Virus record (IMG/VR): IMGVR_UViG_3300037189_028117
Span: 82,977 to 115,645 of that record
From: a virus
Taxonomy: Duplodnaviria > Heunggongvirae > Uroviricota > Caudoviricetes
Direction: 5' to 3' (one strand)
Length of the DNA: 32,669 bases
Each line of letters opens with the position of its first letter. Position 1 is the first letter of the stretch. The notes under the pieces were generated by a model, which ran no database searches, was not told where the DNA came from, and saw only the letters and a list, made by a program, of their open reading frames with translations. This document shows positions 27,061-32,669 of this stretch, in pieces. Made by a program: the position numbers and the translations under genes.

Positions 27061-28923
27061 ATGGAAAAATTTGCCAAAATAACAAAATTTGCTTCCGAAG
27101 TATCAACTCTTGATAAGAATGATATTATTAAAACGGCTAATTTTTTAAATAGATTAAAAAATTGGTATAAATCTGTTTTTGATTCTGAATATAAAGAGCA
27201 AATTCAAATGATGATGGAAACTTCATCTGAAATAAAAATATATTCAGATAGATTACAACGTTACCTTGATTTATTTGATAAATCAATAAAAGAAAAAGAT
27301 GTTGATTTATATAATTATGCAATTGAACAAATAGAATGGTCAATATTTTCTTTAGCAGACATATTGAGGAAAAATAAAGAATCTTTAAAAAAGATTCAAG
27401 TTTCCGAAAATGAATTTCAAAGATCTCAATATGAGAAACCAAAACAAGAAAGACAGAAGTTTGTATATTTTTCAGAAACTGTGAAGAAAAAAATGGTTCA
27501 ATATTTAAACGATGAACTTTTAAATAAAGGAATTGATAAAAAAGAAATTTTAGATATTATTTCAAATTCACAAACTTTGAAGGATATTGAAAAAGCAATT
27601 TTGGAAGGAAATATAATTAATGTAGAACCTGCTACGGCTCCATCAAAAAATGAAAATAGAGAAGGTGAAGAATGGATAACAATTCACACAAATCCTTTTA
27701 AATTATCTACTGGAAATGTTGTACTTCAATTTTATGCTTATTTGGTTGATTTATCAAAAAGAAAAATTGATCCAGAAAACAAACTTTCTTTAAGATATAT
27801 TGACAATTTATCAATTCATAAATCTGCAAATTTAAAAAATAAAATAATAAAATCCGCTGGAACAATTGCTAACGTTCCAGGTATAAAGAATAAATCCGAA
27901 GAATTCTTAACGGAATTGGTTAGAGTTGGAAATAGATTGGGTATAGATCCAAATTGGTTAGCTGCAATTATGTCGGCAGAGTCAAATTTTCAAGCTGATG
28001 CAGTCAATAAACTTGGTGGGGCAACTGGATTAATACAGTTTGTTAATTCCACAGCAAAACAATTAGGAACATCATTGGATGAATTAAAGATGATGTCTGA
28101 TGTAGAACAATTGCACTTTGTTGAAAAATTTTATAAACCTTGGTCTGGAAAAATAAAATCTCCAGGAGATTTATATATGGCAACATTTTTGCCGGTGTTT
28201 GTTGGCCACCCACCAAACACAATTGTTGGTAAAAAAGGAAGTACAAAAAAAATAACAAAAAACTTAACTTATGGAAAAGTATATGAATTAAATTTTGGGC
28301 TAGACACTGATAAAGATGGAATTATAAGAGCATCTGATGTTACGTCAAGAGTTGATTCTAGACTGAGATCGGCTCAAAAATTACCACCAATACCTGTAAA
28401 AGAAGAGTTAGAAAGAGACGCTTTAAGAGATGATTTATTTCCAAAAGAAAATGTAAAAGAAGACTCTGGTTTTTGGTCAAACATTTTTGATAAAGTTATG
28501 TCTTTTCTTGGGATGAAAACGGCATCAAATGATATTGAATCTATTGTTAAAAAAGCCGTTTATAAACAAAAATTGCCAACCAATATTGTTAAAATAAAAT
28601 TATCTTCGGAAAATTTTGAAGATAATGTATCTTGTGGTTTTATATTAGCAGAAGCTTTAGATAATACATTGTTGTCAGATTCTGAAATATTATCAGATGG
28701 CAAAAATATAGAAGTTATATCATCAATGTCTGGTTCTTTAGAAAATGTAGTTTCTGCTTCAATAGGTGTTTCTAATATAGTTTTAGAATTGTTTAATAAA
28801 AAATACAATACAAAAATATCAAAGAAAATAAGTGATAATATAAACTCAAGTTTTGAAAAATTATCATATGAAGATATAGAAAAACAAAAAAGAAAGTTTT
28901 TTATCAAAACTGCAGGTAAATAA
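27061..28923 (+). CDS. Multi-segment virion protein with an SLT/lytic transglycosylase domain
   Basis: IDPNWLAAIMSAESNF...ATGLIQF...DLYMATFLP and an EF-hand-like loop DTDKDGII, at about 27900-28370. Confidence 0.85.
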   Translation: MEKFAKITKFASEVSTLDKNDIIKTANFLNRLKNWYKSVFDSEYKEQIQMMMETSSEIKIYSDRLQRYLDLFDKSIKEKDVDLYNYAIEQIEWSIFSLADILRKNKESLKKIQVSENEFQRSQYEKPKQERQKFVYFSETVKKKMVQYLNDELLNKGIDKKEILDIISNSQTLKDIEKAILEGNIINVEPATAPSKNENREGEEWITIHTNPFKLSTGNVVLQFYAYLVDLSKRKIDPENKLSLRYIDNLSIHKSANLKNKIIKSAGTIANVPGIKNKSEEFLTELVRVGNRLGIDPNWLAAIMSAESNFQADAVNKLGGATGLIQFVNSTAKQLGTSLDELKMMSDVEQLHFVEKFYKPWSGKIKSPGDLYMATFLPVFVGHPPNTIVGKKGSTKKITKNLTYGKVYELNFGLDTDKDGIIRASDVTSRVDSRLRSAQKLPPIPVKEELERDALRDDLFPKENVKEDSGFWSNIFDKVMSFLGMKTASNDIESIVKKAVYKQKLPTNIVKIKLSSENFEDNVSCGFILAEALDNTLLSDSEILSDGKNIEVISSMSGSLENVVSASIGVSNIVLELFNKKYNTKISKKISDNINSSFEKLSYEDIEKQKRKFFIKTAGK

Positions 28924-29114
28924 TGGAACTTACATATTCTTTTGTGATGAGACAATTAAATAAAAATGATAAAAAGAAGATGAAAGAATTCATGAAATCT
29001 TATAAATCAATTTTTGATAAGTGTGTTGTTAAGGAAGTTGAAAATTTTGAAGAAATATGTTTAATGCAAGCAATGAAAGATTGCAATATAAACGAAGAGG
29101 ATTTAAATGATTAA
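28923..29114 (+). CDS. Small hypothetical protein
   Basis: 63 aa, coupled by a TAATG overlap. Confidence 0.65.
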   Translation: MELTYSFVMRQLNKNDKKKMKEFMKSYKSIFDKCVVKEVENFEEICLMQAMKDCNINEEDLND

Positions 29115-29970
29115 TCCTTTTTTTCAAAATTATGGAATATTTACTTCGGGAAAACCAACCGATAATGATATTCTTTCAGCTTATAAACAATATAAAATTA
29201 AAAAAATAGTATCATTAGATAATATAATTGGAAAAGAAGTTTCGGAACAATTAAAAAGATTAAAATTACCAATAAAACATGAAATATTTAATATTACACC
29301 AGGCAGTCCAGTTGGTGAAGCTTCCGAATTAAAAAACAAAATAAATTCTGTAATCAATGAATTTCCAATATTAATTCATTGTCAAAAAGGTGCTGACAGA
29401 ACAGGTTTTGCTGTAGCTTCTTGGTTAATAAGAAATGGGAAAATGGACCCATGTCAAGCAAAAGAAACCGTTGAAAAAGTTTTTGGTTATGGAAACTTTA
29501 TATCAAATACAGCAAAAAATTCATTGGATAAATTATTAGGTTGCTTTGATAAAGAATTGACTCCAGAAAAAGTAAAAGAACAATTAGATAAAAATAATGT
29601 TTTTGATGGAAAAATAATTGATAATTTTACAAATGATTACAAATCAAATATTGGAGATGGGGCAAATTATAATTGGGTTTGGAGATCTAATTTTATAGAT
29701 CCGGATAAAGAAATTTACCCAACGCCAGTTGATTATTCTAATATTTCTAATGCAAATATTGAAATTAATATAATAAAAAGATCAAATATAAGAAAGAAAT
29801 TTTTGAAAAAAATATTAAGATTAAATTTCCCAAGAGTAATGCAAGGTGTTAATTCTGGTCAAGTTGATAATTATGCCGGATTTGCAAACACATTTTCAAA
29901 TCCAAGCGGATCCCCTGGTGCTCCAAATGCTGCGGCTCCAGTTGATTCGGCAGGTTACATACAAATCTAA
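29107..29970 (+). CDS. Cys-based protein tyrosine / dual-specificity phosphatase family protein
   Basis: P-loop ILIHCQKGADRTG (29377-29406), plus SGKP and IKKIVSL family motifs. Confidence 0.9.
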   Translation: MINPFFQNYGIFTSGKPTDNDILSAYKQYKIKKIVSLDNIIGKEVSEQLKRLKLPIKHEIFNITPGSPVGEASELKNKINSVINEFPILIHCQKGADRTGFAVASWLIRNGKMDPCQAKETVEKVFGYGNFISNTAKNSLDKLLGCFDKELTPEKVKEQLDKNNVFDGKIIDNFTNDYKSNIGDGANYNWVWRSNFIDPDKEIYPTPVDYSNISNANIEINIIKRSNIRKKFLKKILRLNFPRVMQGVNSGQVDNYAGFANTFSNPSGSPGAPNAAAPVDSAGYIQI

Positions 29971-29996
29971 TAATTTTTTTACATATTATTATCCTC

Positions 29997-30626
29997 ATGA
30001 GTATTCTCAAATTAGCGCAAACAATAGAACTTACAATGGATATTCCGGAGTCTGATAAAAAGATTGCGGCAAATCTAATTGTAAATTTGCAAAAATTTGT
30101 TAAAAAACTCGATTCTTTTACAGACCATTTAGATATAATGTATGATCCATTTAAAAAATATAATGTTATATCTGAAGAATCTCTTTATGAAAATAGATCT
30201 GCTATTTGGAATTATAATAAACAAATTTTGAAAAATTTTGAAGAATTAAAATCTTTAGCCTTTGTTTGTGTTAAAGGTCTTCAATTTTTCCATTCGGACT
30301 TAAATATAAAAGAAATGGAAAGAAGCTTTGTAGATTCTGTATCCGACATAGAATCAAATATAGAAAATCTTGGAAAAAAGATGCAAGATTATGATGTTCA
30401 AGATTATAAGTCTTCTGTCAATTCTGTTTTTGAAAATTTAAAAATAAAATCTTCTGAATTAAAAGATTTGATTGAAGATCGCATTATAGATAATATAAAC
30501 AAAAATATATTAAATAAAAGCTGGGTCGATAATATTGATGATAAAGATTTGGATGATGTTTACAAAAATAACGAACCTTTGATTTCTAAGTTATATAAGG
30601 AAAGAGAAGGAATCTTTAATTCTTAA
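29997..30626 (+). CDS. Hypothetical helical protein
   Basis: 209 aa, begins MSILKLAQ; no SD visible. Confidence 0.72.
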   Translation: MSILKLAQTIELTMDIPESDKKIAANLIVNLQKFVKKLDSFTDHLDIMYDPFKKYNVISEESLYENRSAIWNYNKQILKNFEELKSLAFVCVKGLQFFHSDLNIKEMERSFVDSVSDIESNIENLGKKMQDYDVQDYKSSVNSVFENLKIKSSELKDLIEDRIIDNINKNILNKSWVDNIDDKDLDDVYKNNEPLISKLYKEREGIFNS

Positions 30627-30634
30627 GGTGCATT

Positions 30635-30799
30635 ATGATAATAAAAAGAAGTAGTAGCAAAATAAATGTAATTAAAGATCAAATCTTATTTGATAAAGAT
30701 TTGCCACAAATAAAAGAAAAAAATGTTTTTGAAATATATGAGTCTTTAAACCCAAAGGCTTCTTTAAAGGATAAAAATGATAATCAAAAAAGCGAATAA
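30635..30799 (+). CDS. Small hypothetical protein (54 aa, below the ORF-track cutoff)
   Basis: MIIKRSSSKINVIKDQ...NQKSE*, with an AAGGTG SD; overlaps the protease start. Confidence 0.5.
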   Translation: MIIKRSSSKINVIKDQILFDKDLPQIKEKNVFEIYESLNPKASLKDKNDNQKSE

Positions 30800-32669
30800 T
30801 AATATTACTTCAGATTGCATTAAATCTACAGCAACAGATCAAGATGATCCAGAAATATTACATTATTTCAAGAAAACCGCTGCTGATTTAAAAGCTATCG
30901 CTCCAAGAGCAAAAGATTTCTTATATTTCACAACCATTATGATGCATGCTGCCGAAGCTTCTGCCCTTGATGATAATGGGGAAATTAAAAAAACGGCAAA
31001 AGGTGAACCGGTTTCGGTTGGTTGGGATGTTCTTGATAATGGTGCTTGGGTTTGGAAATCTAATGATCCAAATGTAAGACCATACAAGAATAACAATTGC
31101 ATGTTAGCAGGTACATCAATATTAATGGGGGATGGATCTGTTAAAAATATTGAAGATATTTCTGTTGGAGATGAAGTATTTACACATAAAGGTAATGTAA
31201 AAAAAGTAACAAACACCTTTGTTCATGAAAATAATTCTTATATTTTTAATATAAAAACAAAATATCATCCACAGATATCTCTTACTTCTGAGCATCCCGT
31301 TTTTGCAATTTCTGATGAAAAAATACGAAAACAAAAACTTAAGAATATTAACCAAAATATTGATTGGGTAGAGACAAAGAATATATCAGCTGGAGATTTC
31401 CTAACATCATTTAGAAATATCAATGTAAAAGAGGATTCTTCAATAAACCCAAATCAAGCAAGATTATTAGGTTTATTTGCTGCCGAAGGTTCTTTTTCTA
31501 AAAAATATGGCAAATTACAATCTGCAGTATTTACTTTTGGTATCAAAGAAAAATATTTAGCAGATTTAGTAAAAAATATTGTCGAAGAAGAGTTTCCAGA
31601 ATGCTCTTTATCTATTAGAGAATCGGAAATACGAAGTGTAATTTCCGTTGTTTTAACTGGCAAAGGTGTTCCAGATTGGTTTTATTATCACGTTGGAGAA
31701 TATAGCCATTCTAAAAAACTAAGTAAAGAATTAGTATTTTCTTCACAAGAAACAAAAAGACAATTTATAATGGGTTGGATGGAAGGTGATGGTTGTATTA
31801 CCGAAGGTAATAAGCTTGTAGGAATAACTTCTTCCAAAGATATGGCTTGGCAAATATGGTTAATGTCAAAAAATATAGGTTTAACATTAGCTATAAGAAA
31901 AGTAGAAGGTAAAGGAAAAAAAATAACAATAAATAAAAATTATAAGCCCTACAACGTTAGAGATAGTTATAGATTAGAAATCTATGGCGCTAATGCCGAA
32001 TTGCTCTGCAAAAATGATAGTGTAAAATATAAATTAAAAACACTAAAGAATCATAAATCAATTGATATTACTAGAGAAGATTATACTATTCATCGTGTAA
32101 AAGAAGTAGAAATGAAACCTTATGAGGGTAAGGTTTATAACTTTGAAGTTGAAGATGACCATTCATATGTAGCAAACGGCTTAATAGTGCACAACTCAGA
32201 TATATTCCCAGAATCTGAACTTATAAAAGCTCATAAAAACTGGGTAGGTAAACCCCTTTGTTTGGACCATCAATCTCAATCCGTTGATCATGTTCGAGGT
32301 ATTATTGTTGATACCGTGTATGATCATAAAGGAAAAAGAATAATTGCTCTCTGCGCAATTGATAAAATCAATTACCCAGATTTAGCAAGAAAGGTTGCTT
32401 CAGGTTATGCAACTTCTGTGTCAATGGGTACTGCCGTTGAACGTGCTATTTGTACAGAAGCAGGTTGTCACGCTGTAGCCAGATACGAACATGAATTCTG
32501 TACCCATATGAAAACAAAATCATGTTATGGAGAAATAAATGTTGGTTTAAATCCAATTGAATTATCAATTGTTGTAAATCCAGCAGACCCAAGAGCAAAG
32601 ATTCGAAGAGTAATAGCTTCATCAAATGCTTTAGCTGAGTATATAGATAAGAAAGCGGATACAGAAGAA
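30777..32669 (+). CDS. Prohead (capsid maturation) protease with an intein, 3' partial and absent from the ORF track
   Basis: Translated by hand and open to the window end: N-N-N/S-DIF, LDH (His at 32268), VSMG (Ser at 32421), a C..C..CxH insert, IELSIVVNPADPRAKI. Confidence 0.85.
   Translation, partial: MIIKKANNNITSDCIKSTATDQDDPEILHYFKKTAADLKAIAPRAKDFLYFTTIMMHAAEASALDDNGEIKKTAKGEPVSVGWDVLDNGAWVWKSNDPNVRPYKNNNCMLAGTSILMGDGSVKNIEDISVGDEVFTHKGNVKKVTNTFVHENNSYIFNIKTKYHPQISLTSEHPVFAISDEKIRKQKLKNINQNIDWVETKNISAGDFLTSFRNINVKEDSSINPNQARLLGLFAAEGSFSKKYGKLQSAVFTFGIKEKYLADLVKNIVEEEFPECSLSIRESEIRSVISVVLTGKGVPDWFYYHVGEYSHSKKLSKELVFSSQETKRQFIMGWMEGDGCITEGNKLVGITSSKDMAWQIWLMSKNIGLTLAIRKVEGKGKKITINKNYKPYNVRDSYRLEIYGANAELLCKNDSVKYKLKTLKNHKSIDITREDYTIHRVKEVEMKPYEGKVYNFEVEDDHSYVANGLIVHNSDIFPESELIKAHKNWVGKPLCLDHQSQSVDHVRGIIVDTVYDHKGKRIIALCAIDKINYPDLARKVASGYATSVSMGTAVERAICTEAGCHAVARYEHEFCTHMKTKSCYGEINVGLNPIELSIVVNPADPRAKIRRVIASSNALAEYIDKKADTEE
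31098..32195 (+). mobile_element. Full intein (366 aa) with a LAGLIDADG endonuclease, in the prohead protease
   Basis: Starts CMLAGTSILM, block B LTSEHPV, LGLFAAEGS and MGWMEGDG motifs, ends VYNFEVEDDHSYVANGLIVHN; +1 residue is Ser. Confidence 0.93.

Noticed and set aside
30786-30792. A-AAA-AAG slippery heptamer fusing the 54-aa ORF to the protease
   Set aside because: The heptamer is not in the small ORF's frame, and fusion would need a +1 shift rather than -1.
1437-31663. Many minus-strand and off-frame ORFs in the track (e.g. 17119-17622, 24558-25010, 28560-28955)
   Set aside because: They shadow well-supported + strand genes and have no motifs or SDs.
1-32669. Stop-codon reassignment, as seen in some large phages
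   Set aside because: Core genes are full-length in the standard code, and TAA, TGA and TAG all end genes at sensible positions.
1-32669. CRISPR array, tRNA or rRNA genes
   Set aside because: No spaced direct repeats and no canonical cloverleaf. Intergenic gaps are too short, and GTTCGA at 872-877 lacks the surrounding stems.
1-32669. Eukaryotic giant virus or archaeal virus origin (suggested by DnaJ, PTP, Trp-repeat and this HNH type)
   Set aside because: SD-led coupled operons, Rho-independent terminators, RecA, DnaG-type primase, portal/terminase/protease and a peptidoglycan hydrolase indicate a tailed bacteriophage.

Overview
AT-rich (about 28% GC by eye), gene-dense segment of a large tailed bacteriophage (jumbo-phage-like), all real genes on the + strand in the standard genetic code. 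The left third (1-8.7 kb) is a recombination/replication module: UvsY-like protein, RecA/UvsX, gp32-like SSB, RuvC-like resolvase, full-length DnaJ and a primase lacking its Zn domain. A stand-alone sigma-region-4 regulator between two terminators follows. The rest (9.3-32.7 kb) is a head module: many novel acidic proteins, a divergent CCA/poly(A)-type nucleotidyltransferase, GpA-like terminase, portal, a lytic transglycosylase protein, a PTP/DSP phosphatase and a prohead protease that runs off the window end. About 18% of the window is selfish DNA (4 free-standing homing endonucleases, plus inteins in terminase, portal and protease). The most unusual signals are: (i) mirror-symmetric synonymous bias, C-rich on the left and G-rich on the right, pivoting on homing endonuclease genes; (ii) a candidate bistable RNA switch with a hidden 18-aa uORF at 4117-4244; (iii) a recurring K-x-A motif that brackets enzyme domains in head proteins, suggesting a protease-released enzymatic payload. 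All calls come from motif recognition without database searches, and counts are by eye.
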